From assembly GCA_951406725.2 (NCBI GenBank), contig OX597821.1:94612001-94676000 (forward strand): 64,000 nt of DNA. The letters are read 5' to 3'. Under the pieces are notes generated by a model that was given only the letters and a program-made list of their open reading frames with translations, ran no database searches and was not told the origin of the DNA. Below are positions 13,838-26,862 of this stretch, piece by piece. The stretch is from Octopus vulgaris (lineage: Eukaryota). The translations under genes were made by a program, and so were the position numbers. The stretch's first letter is position 1. Every line of letters begins with the position of its first letter.

Positions 13838-14881
13838 GTACATACACATTAAGAGTTGTGCAGAGTTGTTACAGAATAAAATTTCCATTTTAGTTTAATG
13901 TATGTACATCTTGTTTTCAGTACACCGTTTCCGCCCGCAGCTCACACGGGTTTCTTTTTGACATTTACATCTTTCTTATACACTTTCTTTCACGCTCATT
14001 ATATCATTCCTTCTCGTGTCTTGATATTTTCGTCCTGGTCCAGGTCAGTTTATCGTGGTCGTCGTCAAAGTTGCTCTATTTTAATTCTCTCATTTTGGTC
14101 ATTCAGTACATTCAATTCTTTGGTTATTTCTTGGCGGTCCTTCTCACATTTCGCATACATGCATCACATCTTACTGTCTGTCGTTCTTTCTCAGAAATTA
14201 AGCATAGCCTATTTGGAAACGTCATTGCAAGTTCGATTAGAAATAGATGTCTCTTATGAGTACATCTATGATGGCTATTGATGTAGGTTTGTTCACATGC
14301 ATACAATCCTGCATTTCCAAGCATATAAAGGTATGTATACATATAATACACCCACAAACGATATTTTCGTAGAATTAGAATGGGTTGAATCGATGAGAGG
14401 TCTATTACAAACACGGACGCCATGTTGTTAATTAGTCGAAAAATCATGAAGTTTTGGTTTAACCCTGGCAAAAATTACTGCTTTAAGATGTGCTAAAGTG
14501 GTCTTTATGAAAAATGACAGATGGTCGGATGTCTTTGATGTCTTCAGGTTTCAAGTTTCTCACACAATTTCCACAAATTATTTCAGACAACAAAATCCTT
14601 TCACACTGTTTGCACAACAGTAATACTCTTTCAAACACTTTTTTTATATTTCGATTTTAGAATTCGAATGTTGGGTTCCACACGAAACTAGTAACAGAAC
14701 GAAATGTCACCTTTATGTTTTTTTACCAAACAAAACAGGTGCCCTCTTTGTGGTCACTCGTTCTTTAGAATCAAAAACATGCCTGAAAGGTTTGAAAACA
14801 TTCGTTCACTTTCAGCCATGCTTTCATTTTTTCTTAGTCTTAATCAGTTATTTCCACACGCAATCTATCAGATCTTATTTT
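9700..14881 (-). other. Putative long 3' UTR of the LURAP1-like gene
   Basis: Stretch downstream of the stop codon lacks intact young SINEs. Candidate AATAAA (plus strand tttatt 9719-9724) has UGUA upstream and a U/GU-rich tract downstream (9661-9690). Other AATAAA sites exist nearer the stop. Confidence 0.45.
10310..10356 (-). ncRNA. Minimal type I hammerhead-like motif
   Basis: Minus strand: CTGACGA acgct-tttat-agcgt GAAA ctcggag TA. Intact core, perfect 5-bp stem II, palindromic stem III (ACTC-G-GAGT), GUA triplet; stem I weak. Confidence 0.65.
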
Positions 14882-15445
14882 CTAAACGGTGATTTTAGAG
14901 TCGAAATTAGTTTCGTGTATTCCAGAGTCAAACGAATTTTGCTCCTCATGTTTTGCTCTCTTCGAGAAATCGTTGTCAAAATAATTTTTACTGCTGCTGC
15001 TGATATTGTTATTGTTATTACTATTATTATTATTGTTATTTATTACAGAGTTATTAGCACTTCCGCTGTTGCTATTAGAATTTACTCCAGCGTTTGTTTT
15101 CGTCGGTGACTGGTCGCCATTTTTTCTTTCAAAGAACTTTTTAGTGATACACATTTTCTTGTTGGCCTCGTTAATGAGATCTTCGAAGTCACTAGTAATG
15201 TGACATTTGTGTTCGAGATTTAACGATAAAGTTGAAGGTGATGCGTATTTGTTGGTCAATTCATTTTCCGACTCAAACATTTCTGTTTCTGAAACTGACC
15301 ATTGACTTTCGCTCAGGTCACAGGAACTGGACGGTAAAGACCCACGACTGGACAAATAACCTCGCTGCACTTTTAGATCTTCAATGGTTTCATTCAGAAT
15401 CAGAAGCTGTTTCATTAATGATAAGTCTTGGTCCATCAGGGAATT
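14882..15445 (-). CDS. LURAP1: LURAP1/FAM89-family leucine-rich adaptor protein, coding exon 2 (187 aa + stop)
   Basis: Polypyrimidine tract and acceptor TTCTTTTCTTTTTCTCTTATTTCAG| (AG at 15447-15446), then in frame NSLMDQDLSLMKQLLILNETIEDLK...SSRGSLPSSSCDLSES... ending SKITV-TAG. The spliced junction LRREM|NSLMDQDLSLMKQLLILNETIE reconstitutes the LURAP motif (LRxEMxxLxxxDxxLxxQLxxxxExI). Confidence 0.88.
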   Translation of the reverse strand, partial: NSLMDQDLSLMKQLLILNETIEDLKVQRGYLSSRGSLPSSSCDLSESQWSVSETEMFESENELTNKYASPSTLSLNLEHKCHITSDFEDLINEANKKMCITKKFFERKNGDQSPTKTNAGVNSNSNSGSANNSVINNNNNNSNNNNNISSSSKNYFDNDFSKRAKHEEQNSFDSGIHETNFDSKITV

Positions 15446-16494
15446 CTGAAATAAGAGAAAAAGAAAAGAAATTTATTGTGATGAAACGCAAACTTTTTAT
15501 ATACATATAGAGTATAAAATATAGATAGCAACAAACAATACTGTATAAACATACAAGTGGACTTCTAATCAAACATGTCCAGTTTTGTCAGAAGACTAAT
15601 TCACTGATTTTAATCTATTTACTCGAAAATGATGTTTTCGAACATTTTGAATCAGCGAATGTATTATTAAAAATAATACTGTGATGCCATGCCGTAAATT
15701 GGGGGGAAAATCACGAAATTTTTAGTTTAACCATGACAAAAAAATGATTGCTTTGAGTTTTGTTTGTAGATAGTCTATCTTTAACTTAATGAATCTTCTC
15801 TTTAAGAAAAAAGCAGTTAAAATGTAATGTAAAAACAGAATTTGTTGTAATTTCAGTGAGATCGAATGACCAAATAGAAACGTTTTCGTTGGCTTCCACA
15901 TCCCAGCTGGTTCTTCTGGTAAGGCAAGATTTAGGGTGATAAAACCCGACAAGTAGAAAAACTGGACCACGCAATTTAGAAAAAAATCGTCATAGATCTG
16001 AACAAATAACATGTTATATAAAACAACCTACACTTTTCTCTATTCAGACATGACAGACATACGTATACATAAAGAACGCACACACACATACACGTATGCA
16101 GGATGGCCTCTCTCTCTCTCTCTCTCTCCTTTTAAAACCCACAACACACGTGTAGACAATATAAAGAAAATATTGGTTCAGTTAAGAGAAAATCCAGGTC
16201 GTTTTTCACAAGCGAGTTTTTGTTTTATCTTCTTTCTCTTCTTTTGTAATAAATAATACACATCCGGTGACACTTCTTTATTTTTAGCACAGAACACCGG
16301 AAGTGAATCTATTGTATTTTCTAATTCATCATATGGCTAGTAAATTTCACCTTTCATTTTCTGTTTAGTTTGTCCTAACCCCCTGGGATCTATCTCTTTC
16401 CCACACATATATACATAAAATCATTTTCACCACTCACTGCATTTATCTCTCTTTCTCTTTCTCTCTTACAATACATATATATATATATATATAT

Positions 16495-16714
16495 ATTCTG
16501 TACTTGTTTCAGTCATTTGACTGCGGCCATGCTGGAGCACCGCCTTTTAGAGTGGTAAAAGAGTACAGCAGGGATCACCACCTCCTGCCGGAGCCTCGTG
16601 GAGCTTTTAGGTGTTTTCGCTCAATAAACACACACAACGCCCGGTCTGGGAATCGAAACCGCGATCCTCCGACCGCAAGTCCGCTGCCCTAACCGCTAGG
16701 CCATTGCGCCTCCA
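16495..16714 (-). mobile_element. Chimeric SINE: family C head joined to family B 3' tail
   Basis: 16555-16714 matches the family C head (as at 60180-60341). 16495-16548 matches the family B tail (ggcggtgctccagcatggccgcagtcaaatgactgaaacaagt). Confidence 0.75.
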
Positions 16715-16740
16715 CATATATATATATATATATATATATA

Positions 16741-17124
16741 CTAGCAGTATCGCCCGGCGTTGCTCAGGTTTGTAAGGGAAATAACTATAAAGCATTTTTA
16801 GAGAGTTATAGCCAAAAAATAGCAAAAAAATGGAAAAAAAATGATGGTAAATTTTTTTGAGGGATAAAAAAGGTGGAGTTGCGTCCCCTAGACGGTCTGT
16901 GGTTTGGGTTTCAGATTCTCGACCCCATGTCGAATTTATCGATCTTTTTCAGAAGTGGGGGAACTTTTCAAAATTTTCGCTGCGTTAGTTTTGAATTATG
17001 ACATTGGGCTATGTGTGTGTCAAGTTTCATCAGAATCGGTTGAAAGCCGTGGTCAGAGTGAGGGTACGAGAAAACAGACACACAGAAACACGCACAGACA
17101 AACTGCCGTTTATATAGAGAGAGA
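16741..17124 (-). mobile_element. Non-autonomous Helitron
   Basis: Minus strand reads A|TC(TCTCTATATAAAC)...(CTGT)-like tract...subterminal hairpin CCTGAGCAACGCCGGG...CTAG|T. Inserted between A and T with no TSD. Confidence 0.8.
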
Positions 17125-18690
17125 TATTGCACTTTACTAGCACACCGGACGGGATCAATTGTAATTTCTCATATTATGGCTAAGGGTCACGGCATATATA
17201 ATAGAGTGAGTTTTACTGACCGAATGGGCCAGCAGCTAGTGCAAGTTCATCAGAATCACTCTCTATTATCAGGACATTTAACATCGCAATGACTCAGTCC
17301 CGATAAGTTGTGAATGCTTACTAAGGGAGTAGATACAGCTCATGGCTTGAGTTGGAATCCATGGCAGAACTTTAAGAGGTTAAATTGGCATGGATTACGC
17401 ACTCTCTGAAGACGAGATCAGCAATAATCCAGTGGCTCAGTGGGATAGCGGACACCAAATATTGTACAGATTCATTTTTTAAATACTATGTCCCCTCCAC
17501 TCTTATCTCCATACAACACGCAACTTCTTCGAGCAATGAAGGAACGCGAAATCATTTGATCTGCTAAAAACAGCAGCCAGATTCCACCCTAAACTACATC
17601 GCATATCCTCAGTGCTGCTTTTAAACAGGGACATGAATTAGGTTTAGCACCCAAGAACAGCTACAGGCCAGCTGACAAGTTTCTGATCGATGAATTTTAC
17701 TCGCAGTGTTTGTACCGACCCGACGCAATTGTAGAGTGCACTTGCCCGAGTTGCTGTGCATTAAGGATCGAACGATCGAATCCGAACCCTTTGATTGATT
17801 TGTGAAGCGAGCTTTTTAACCAGTCATGCTTACCACCATAGGTTTTAGTAGACCAGTGTTGATCTAATATTAAATAAAGGAAACAATTAGCCCTACTCTC
17901 TACCCTATTTTTCTTCAGGTCTTGAGTAAATATTTTCTCATCTCTTCACTTTCCTTCACGTTTTCATTATATGTCACAGAGAGGAGGACGGAGAAAGGGT
18001 GAGAGAGAGAGAGCGAGAGAGAGAGAGGGGATTGGGGTCGAGGAGGAGCAACAAATGATTACTTCAACGAGGACAGGAAGGTTTTTGTGTCGAAAATCGT
18101 GTTTGATGTTCACGTGTACGAAAACACTATCTAAATCACACGACAGAGGGGACGGCGACGGCGATAACAACCGCTTCCCTTTGTTTTAGTATTAGTAACA
18201 GTATCATTATTATTGTTGTTGTTGTTGTTGTTAGCATTTATTATTAGTGTCTCGAACGCTGTGTACCACTTAATAAATATTAGTCATATCTTCAAGCATG
18301 TCACGTTAATTTATAATTATACACACTTCAAACGATCTAGATCCAGAAAGTATTTTTGACTAATCTTTCTCTCTCCCTTATGTGGGGTGCATGTGGCCGA
18401 GGGGTGGGATAGAAGCACTGAATGTTGACACGGTCGACATATCTCCCTCGCAGTTTTCTTTATATTCTGAAATTAACACTAATATTTTATTTTTTTTTAA
18501 TATATCAATTAAAGAAGACCTAGTTGTAGCCCAGAGGGGAATTTAGAAAAAAAAAAAAAAAAACTGAGCACAAAATGTTTTAATAGATATTATTGGTAGG
18601 AATAAACGAAGCAAAATCTAGAAACCCATTTTGTGGGGGATCAGTCCAATAACGATTTTTTACACAGGGCCTCGGAGATTTATTATTGCT

Positions 18691-18744
<54 letters not shown>

Positions 18745-18745
<1 letters not shown>

Positions 18746-18967
18746 TTTATTTAAAGCAGCAGAAAATTCAACAAAACCTGTTACTCTGAGTTTCCCGTTG
18801 CCGTATATCGGACAGTTAGCAAAAACTGTCCGATGAACGGCAACGGGAAACTCAGAGTAACAGGTTTTGTTGAATTTTCTGCTGCTTTAAATAAAGCATA
18901 TTACTCTACCACTGGTATTTGAGTACTCTTTTTTCCACCTTGTTTCACATTTATGTGTTTACTCCGG

Positions 18968-18968
<1 letters not shown>
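18745..18968 (+). mobile_element. Penelope-like element end fragment: 73-bp inverted repeat with hammerhead motif, flanked by (TA)n
   Basis: Arms 18745-18817 and 18824-18896 differ at 2 positions. Right arm 18826-18863 reads ctgt CCGATGA a-cg-gcaa-cg-g GAAA ctcagag TA acag. Confidence 0.75.
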
Positions 18969-19051
<83 letters not shown>

Positions 19052-19404
19052 AAAGAGGTATATTTTGATGCTTGTTTTTCTGAAATGGGACGCGAGGAGT
19101 TAATTGAGATGACATGAATCGCGAAATAAACATCAATTACATGTAGTTTATATTGGCCTTTAACTAAAGCTGGAGTTAATGGCGTTATTTGGAGACGATG
19201 AACCAAAGCGAGGCTGTGAAGATGAACTATATCAGTTAAATATATAGGCTATGTCGTCACTGTAAGCGATAGTTTGTTGCTGTTACCGTTTAGACCCGGG
19301 TCAATCCTGGTTGAACATTTATAATATCATAAACATTCCCGTTGTAACCCATCAAGACTTTTCGAAAGCTTTTAAGATTATGTGTTTGTCTCCTCACGCC
19401 CACC

Positions 19405-19915
19405 GCATGACAGATGGCGTTGGCTTGTTTACATCCCCGTCACTTAGTGGTTCGGTATAAAAAGACCGACAGAATAAGTACTAAAATTAGAAATAAATAT
19501 TGGTGTCAAGCTGCTCGACTAAATTCTTCAAGGCGGCGAAACCAACACGACTGCAGTCCAATGAATGCAACAAGTTTGCCCCAGCATGACCGCAGCTTTC
19601 GAGCTGAAACTGTTTATATATATAAATGTGTGTGTGTGCGTGCGTGTGCGCGCAGGAGTGGTTCTGTGGTAAGTAGCCTGCTTACCAACCATATTGTTCG
19701 AGGTTCAGTCCCACTGCATGGCACCTTGCGCAAGTACGTGTCTTCTACTATAGCCTCGGGCCAACCAAAGCCTTGTGAATGGATTTGGTAGACGGAAACT
19801 GAAAGAAGCTCGTCATCTTACAAAGAATAAGTCGTGGGGTCGATTTGTTCGACTAAAGACAATGCTCCAGTATGGCTGCAGTCATATGACTGAAACAAAT
19901 AAAAGAATAAATAAA
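19405..19915 (+). mobile_element. Cluster of SINE family B fragments
   Basis: 3' half at 19405-19560, head at 19650-19815 (caggagtggttctgtggtaag...ggttcagtccc), tail at 19818-19915. Confidence 0.8.
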
Positions 19916-20339
19916 TAAATTATATATATAGGGAGATCTTGTTGTTTTTAGGGAGGCCTTATTTTTTTGTGAACAAGCGATAGCGTGGAGGTCATCTTGT
20001 TCACAAATTATGAGTGAGCAGTTGATATGGCACTCACGAACTTTACAACCTTATATTCCCAAAGGAAATAATCAAGTCACTTTTCTAAAACTAATATGAA
20101 AGGGGAAAAAAAAAAAAAAACGGAAGCCACCGGAAACCAGCAGACCCTCTTCTTGTTCTAGACATTAGAACTGAAGAACTCATTAAGTTTAAAAGTTCAA
20201 CTTAATTGTTATAGACCGGCTACTGCTGCTACAAGTACCACTATTATCTGGTCCTTCCAGTTCAATAAGTTAATAAAACGAAACACCAGCCGAGTACTGG
20301 GGGTCGATATCATTCACTGCTTATACTTTCCCCTAATTT

Positions 20340-20473
20340 TCGAGGTCGACTTTGCCTTTCATCCTTTCGGGGTCGATAAATAAAGTACCAGTTTCGCACT
20401 GGGGTCGATGTAATCGACTTAATCCCTTTGTCTGTCCTTGTTTGTCCCCTCTGTGTTTAGTAAAGAACTATAA
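20340..20473 (+). mobile_element. 5'-truncated SINE family A
   Basis: Family A body flanked by 15-bp TSD actttcccctaattt (20325-20339 and 20474-20488). Confidence 0.88.
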
Positions 20474-21104
20474 ACTTTCCCCTAATTTAAAATCTGGGGG
20501 TCTGTGTAAAAAAAAAAAAAAAAAAAAAAAAACGAAGAAAACACCAACTCCATGAGTATTTATAGTAAACAGCTCAGCCCGCTGGACAGTACAAACGGAG
20601 AGATTAATTAATATTTATATAATACATAAGTCCTGTAGATAATCCTTTCAGTGAAGATGGGTCAAGGTGTTAATACCAGCATATCTTGTTTCAATTATTT
20701 ATTATGTTATTATTGATAAGGGTCAGCAAAAAAGCTACTCCATCCAGTAAGAGATAAATCCTATTAATCTATCTCCACATAAATTCTCTCTCTCTCTCTT
20801 ACGCAAACACACATCAGTATGTGTAGGAGTTAATAGATACAAAAGCCCTTTTTTTTCGTTTTTGTTTCATATTGTAAAATTCGTCTCTGGCGGTTTTACT
20901 GATCATTACAGGTCCATCATAGATGGTTCAATGATAATAAGTATATATATACAAAGTGGGTGGAGAGAAGATAGTTTATACAACAATCGGTTTCAGACAG
21001 AAGCAGACAGCTGTTTAATGTTAAGTTTAATGGACACAATACACAAATTTGATCTAATTCTCTCGTCCATTAAACGTTATTGTGTGGCTTTGCGTACGAG
21101 TACA

Positions 21105-21142
<38 letters not shown>

Positions 21143-22087
21143 TACATATATACATATATCTTTGTGTGTGCGCGCGTGCGTGTGTATGATTCAAGTCAAT
21201 AAACAAAATAGAAATTGTGTCAACTACACGCTACATATAATGACTCAGACTTTCGAATTAAAACTTGTATTTATTTAAGTTACGTATCTCTCTTAAAATT
21301 CGGTTGATCGTTTAGACATGCGCAGTGGTGTTGTTCAAGAAAGTAATAAACACACAGACACATACACATACAGACACACACGTACATATACACACACATT
21401 TAATATAGATAGATATTAGATTAGAGAGAGAGAGAGAGAGAGGGGTGGGGAGGGAGAGAGACAGAGTAAATCTGATGAGGCTTAATGGCTTGGCTGTGGG
21501 TGACAATCGTAAGGGGTGGTCGCGTAGTTTGGTTGTGTGGATGGCTGGCTATGAAAATAAGAAAAATTTAAACGAGTCTAGTGATCATTAAACCCCGATA
21601 GTGATGAGCCATGCTTCTAAAATGCACACGAGCGGAAGATAAGAAATTCTTGTGAGTGCATGTGTGTGCGTGTATGTGTGTGTGTGGTGTGTGTGATCTA
21701 AGGGGGTATGACGTAGGCATCGATGGTTAGACGAGAGGGTGTGATGCTGGAGCTATTAAATAAATGTTATTGAACGATTAGGGAATAGATAATCACAAAC
21801 GAGGCTGCTGTAGTGATGAGGATTATTATTATTATTGTTGTTGTTTTTTGTGATGATGGTAGTAGTGGTTTTGTAAAAAGAGGTGGTAGTTGGCACCCGC
21901 AGTGCGTGCTGTTCGCTGGAGTAGTACATGAACCACAGCATCGAGGCTAGAATGAATCAAATAGATTTTTAACACCATCATACAGAATTATTGTGCAATG
22001 GGGAAAGACTTCGAAAGAAACAACAGTATGTATGCATACGTCCGTGTGTGTAATATATACTATATATGTATGTATTACACTCACAAA

Positions 22088-22572
22088 CAGGAGTGGCTGT
22101 GTGGTAAGTAGCTTGCTAACCAACCACATGGTTCCGGGTTCAGTCCCACTGCGTGGCATCTTGGGCAAGTGTCTTCTGCTATAGCCCCGGGCCGACCAAT
22201 GCCTTGTGAGTGGATTTGGTAGACGGAAACTGAAAGAAGTCTGTCGTATATATGTATATATGTATAAGTGTGTGTATATGTTTGTGTGTCTGTGTTTGTC
22301 GCCCTAGCATTGCTCGACAACCGATGCTGGTGTGTTTACGTCCCCGTCACTTTTATATATATTTTTAATATATATTTAAGTGTGTTTGTCCCCCTAGCAT
22401 TGCTTGACAACCGATGCTGGTGTGTTTACGCCCCCGTCACTTTGCGGTTCGGCAAAAGAGACCGATATAATAAGTACTGGGCTTACAAAGAATAAGTCCC
22501 GGGGTCGATTTGCTCGACTAAAGGCGGTGCTCCAGCATGGCCGCAGTCAAATGACTGAAACAAGTAAAAGAA
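22088..22572 (+). mobile_element. tRNA-derived SINE family B, with an internal duplication of about 60 bp
   Basis: Head CAGGAGTGGCTGTGTGGTAAG, B box GGTTCAGTCCC, CORE-like CTTGGGCAAGTG, internal microsatellite, tail ...GACTGAAACAAGTAAAAG. Segment 22290-22350 repeats at 22381-22441. Confidence 0.9.
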
Positions 22573-22939
22573 TATATGTCTTTGTATACATACATGTGTG
22601 TACATAGACACACACATGCATAAATAAATGCGTGTATTTGTAATTAAAACAAACAGGAAGGGAGAAAACAGGACAAATTAGAAACCAAATTTAATTTAGG
22701 GAAAATGTTTTAAGTTTAGTTTTTTTCTCTTTTATCCTTAAAACCACAAACTCAAACCAAATTAATGGGAGGCGGCATCTCTGTGTATCCCTTTCCCATT
22801 ACTGCTTCGTAGAAGCCAACCAGGTAATTGTACTCGGTTTGTGTTTCGTACCAAGGTTTTTAATGTTCCACGAAGAAAACGTTTATTTTATATATTTATA
22901 TATATTTTTATGTTTAGCTAGTATATCACTCTTCAGACA

Positions 22940-23245
22940 GCAGCCGCCTAAGTCTGGTACTTTTTCAATCTGTCTTTTTGGCCAAACTACCGAGATACTG
23001 GTATGTAAACAAACCAACACCGTTTGCCAAGCGGTTGGAGGTGGGTGGGGGAGACACACTCAGAGACAAGACACTCTCTCTTTTTCTCTCCCACTTATAT
23101 ACGATCGACTTCCACACATTTCTCGTCTACGAAATTCAGTTACAAGGCCATGTAGAAAAAAGTACTTGTCCAAAGTGCCGCGCAATGGGACTGAACCCAA
23201 AACCACATGGTTGCACATTGAGCTTTTTAACCAAACAGCCATGCC
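22940..23245 (-). mobile_element. Older decayed SINE family B copy
   Basis: acttgtccaaagtgccgcgcaatgggactgaaccc...accacatggttg matches the reverse complement of the family B head. Confidence 0.7.
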
Positions 23246-23727
23246 AGCGATGGATGTGTAATTCATTTTAATCAGGAATTGCATCTAAATACTTGTGGTG
23301 CCCCAGCATGGCCACGGCCTTGGGGGCTGACATTTGTAAAAGAGTAAAAGAAAATCGAGTGTTTGCCATTCCCTTTCTTCATAGTGTTCACTAAAACGAT
23401 TATAAGTTGATGAGAGGCAAAGAAAAAATAAAATACTTGGATGGATCTGTCAGAGTATGAAAAAAACAAAAAACTGTGCGAGTGAGAGATGTTAATGATA
23501 TCTGAATACCCAGTCCAACCCAGCTCAATAATCTAAGATAAACGCGTAGAACGATCAATTGTAAACTGAGAACAATTGCTCGTCTTTTGATTGAGATAAG
23601 GATATAAGAGCACATGCGTAATAACAGAATGCAGTGAACCAGTGATGTTAGCCTATAGAGAACATGTAACCAACAATACTATTGTTCGGCAATTGCGAAA
23701 TGAATAAATAACATGCAGCTTATAATC

Positions 23728-23833
<106 letters not shown>

Positions 23834-23960
23834 TCCTAGAATACACATACGTACTGACTTAAAACATATGTTTATCAATTTGGCTTTAAAAGTTTCACCA
23901 TGGTTCTTTACTACTCTCATCCCAAATGCTCGTCTACTCCGTTTCCCTGTTCCAAAACAG

Positions 23961-24352
23961 TCTCTCTTTTACTCTTTTACTTGTTTCAGTCATTTGACTG
24001 CGGCCATGCTGGAGCACCGCCTTTAGTCGAGCAAATCGACCCCGGGACTTATTCTTTTTGTAAGCCCAGTACTTATTGTATCGGTCTCTTTTTGCCGAAC
24101 CGCTAAGTGGCGGGGACGTAAACACACCAGCATCGGTTGTCAAGCAATGCTAGGGGGACAAATACACTTAAATATATATACATATATACGACAGGCTTCT
24201 TTCAGTTTCCGTCTACCAAATCCACTCACAAGGCATTGGTCAGCCCGGGGCTATAGCAGAAGACACTTGCCCAAGATGCCACGCAGTGGGACTGAACCCG
24301 GAACCATGTGGTTGGTTAGCAAGCTACTTACCACACAGCCACTCCTGCGCCT
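23961..24352 (-). mobile_element. SINE family B, full length
   Basis: Reverse complement of the 22088-22572 copy at high identity. Confidence 0.92.
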
Positions 24353-25104
24353 CTGTATTTGCATATGCATCTTTACATATGTTTATATTGCTACGCCGCC
24401 AAAATTCGACTTCACTACTCCATTGTGGTTCTCAGTTTACCGTTTACTTGTGAGCTTAAAAGATTGGAATCAGCATTAAATAAGAATGGACATTTACGTA
24501 TACGAGATAACGCCGATATATGCTCAACTGGGAGGCATATATTTCTTATCGTTACAAACAATACATTGCTAATGCATATATGTGTTGTATACATACATAT
24601 GGAGCATACGCCGTGGAATATACATGCGTGTATTTATTCATTTAAATTTAAACACTTTCTCTTGGAAACTTTCCAATTGCGCATTTAACCAAATATACAT
24701 ACACAGACATACTGTCGTTTATTAATAATAATATTTTCTCTATTTTTGCTACAAGAAAAAGGGACATTACAAGGACAGGTTACAAAATGTGTGCGGGTGA
24801 AATGAAGGGACAATATACACAGTTGTATTCTCCATTCTACACGCACATGCTAAGAGAAGTCCCATCCATGTGAGGCACGTTCGCAACTCTCACTCACCTT
24901 TAATCAAATTTATAGGAAGTAGAGCAGCGCCTTACATTACGCCCTCATTTACATCTATATGAACTTGAAAGAAATCAATAATAGTTTCCAAAATAGGTAC
25001 AAATTCAAATTGTGGCCAGTTAAAATCAATCCCAGTTTATATATGGGTGGGAGCCACTACCTGGTCTAAACGAATTTGCCAGCTCACACCATGAACATCT
25101 TCAT

Positions 25105-25450
25105 CATCCTTATTATTAGAAGTAGTAGTAATTATTATTATTATTATATTATTATTATTATTATTATCATTATTATTATTACTATTATTATCATTATTAT
25201 TATTACTATTATTATTACTATTATTATCATTATTATTACTATTATTATCATTATTATTATTATTACTACTATTATTATTATTTTTTATTATTACTATTAT
25301 TATCATTATTATTATTATTATTATCATTATTATTATTACTACTATTATTATTATTATTATTTTTTATTATTACTATTATTATCATTATTATTATTATTAA
25401 TATTATTATTATTACTATTATTATTATTATCATTATTATTATAATAATAA
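25105..25450. repeat. (ATT)n/(ATC)/(ACT) trinucleotide microsatellite
   Basis: Direct inspection. Confidence 0.95.
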
Positions 25451-25845
25451 CAACCATAAATATAAAGGAGGTCAAATTCAAGTAGAAAATGGGTCAGCTT
25501 GGTTGTTTGGTGATTCTCTGAGTAAGACATGTGTAAATCTCCATTGTCACGAATATAATGTCTAGTGTATGACTCAGCCCGTCTCCAATAGCAAGTCCAT
25601 TATTAGTTGTCACTAAAATGTATGATAAATAGATGATATCGCCGACAGTGACGGTCACAGTAGGTAGTGGCGTGGATTCTTTTCTAGTAAGTCATCAAAG
25701 CGCACCAGTGCAACAACAGTCATCAAAATACAATATTTCTCTGTGTCTTCCATACAATACAGGTAAAGTTTGTACCTGTATCTCAAACTTGTTGGGCGAA
25801 GTAGACTATCTTTTTTACGTCCTGATTGAAAATTAGTACTGTTTA

Positions 25846-25892
<47 letters not shown>

Positions 25893-25974
25893 GCATGTTT
25901 GTGGGGGTGCAAGTATATGTACATATGTATGTGTGCGTGCATGTATATATATATATATGTATGTGTGTGTATGT

Positions 25975-26190
25975 GCTTGTGTGTCTGTGTTTGTCCCCTA
26001 ACATCGCTTGACAACCGATGCTGGTGTGTTTACGTCCCCGTAGCTTAGCGGTTCGGCAAAAGAGACCGATAGAATAAGTACTAGGCTTATAAAGAATATG
26101 TCCTGGGATCGATTTGCTCGACTAAAGGCGGTGCTCCAGCATGGCCACAGTCAAATGACTGAAAGAATTAAAAGAGAGTAAAAAGAGAGT
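25975..26190 (+). mobile_element. SINE family B, 3' half
   Basis: ttgacaaccgatgctggtgtgtttacgtcccc...ggcggtgctccagcatggcc. Confidence 0.85.
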
Positions 26191-26206
26191 ATATACATAT
26201 ATATAT

Positions 26207-26237
<31 letters not shown>

Positions 26238-26794
26238 ATATATTTCTTATTCGACAATGAATTGACAAGATGATTCATGGTCCAACAGTTTCGTACATTG
26301 TATTCTATCAAACTTTGCAAAGTGAGTCATAATAGAGACGAAACTATATGTCCCTGACCCACTTATGCAACTTGACAGTCGATTTAAGAAAATAGATGCA
26401 TTCTATTTTATTTCTCCTGATTGCTCCAGGAAACCTATATATTACGCAAAATGATTTGATTTCACATTTACTTAGGTTAAAATATTATACTCCTTTCTTT
26501 CCCACTATCTGTCTGTCTATCTATCTCGCACTTACTCTCTTCTGACCTTCGTCTCGCACAGTTCAGAAGTGATTAATGCTTGTTTGTATTTGTATGATTA
26601 ATTTGATGGATATGAGTATGAATGAGAAACAATAGCTGGGAGCAGGAAATTTTGTCTTTACGTCTGTGCATAAATGTAATACATGAAACCCCTGCTATCA
26701 TCGTCTAAGAATAATTTCTTTCAGTGTGCATATTTAAACACACAAATGTATAATATGATATAATATAATATATAATAAAATATGTATGTGCTGG

Positions 26795-26862
<68 letters not shown>

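Noticed and set aside
13898-14471. ORFs of 115-127 aa downstream of the gene's stop codon
   Set aside because: No recognisable domain, overlapping on both strands, and located within the putative 3' UTR.
16245-16470. Possible solo LTR (TGTAA...TTACA)
   Set aside because: Flanks (cttt vs atac) do not form a TSD, and there is no second copy or PBS/PPT.
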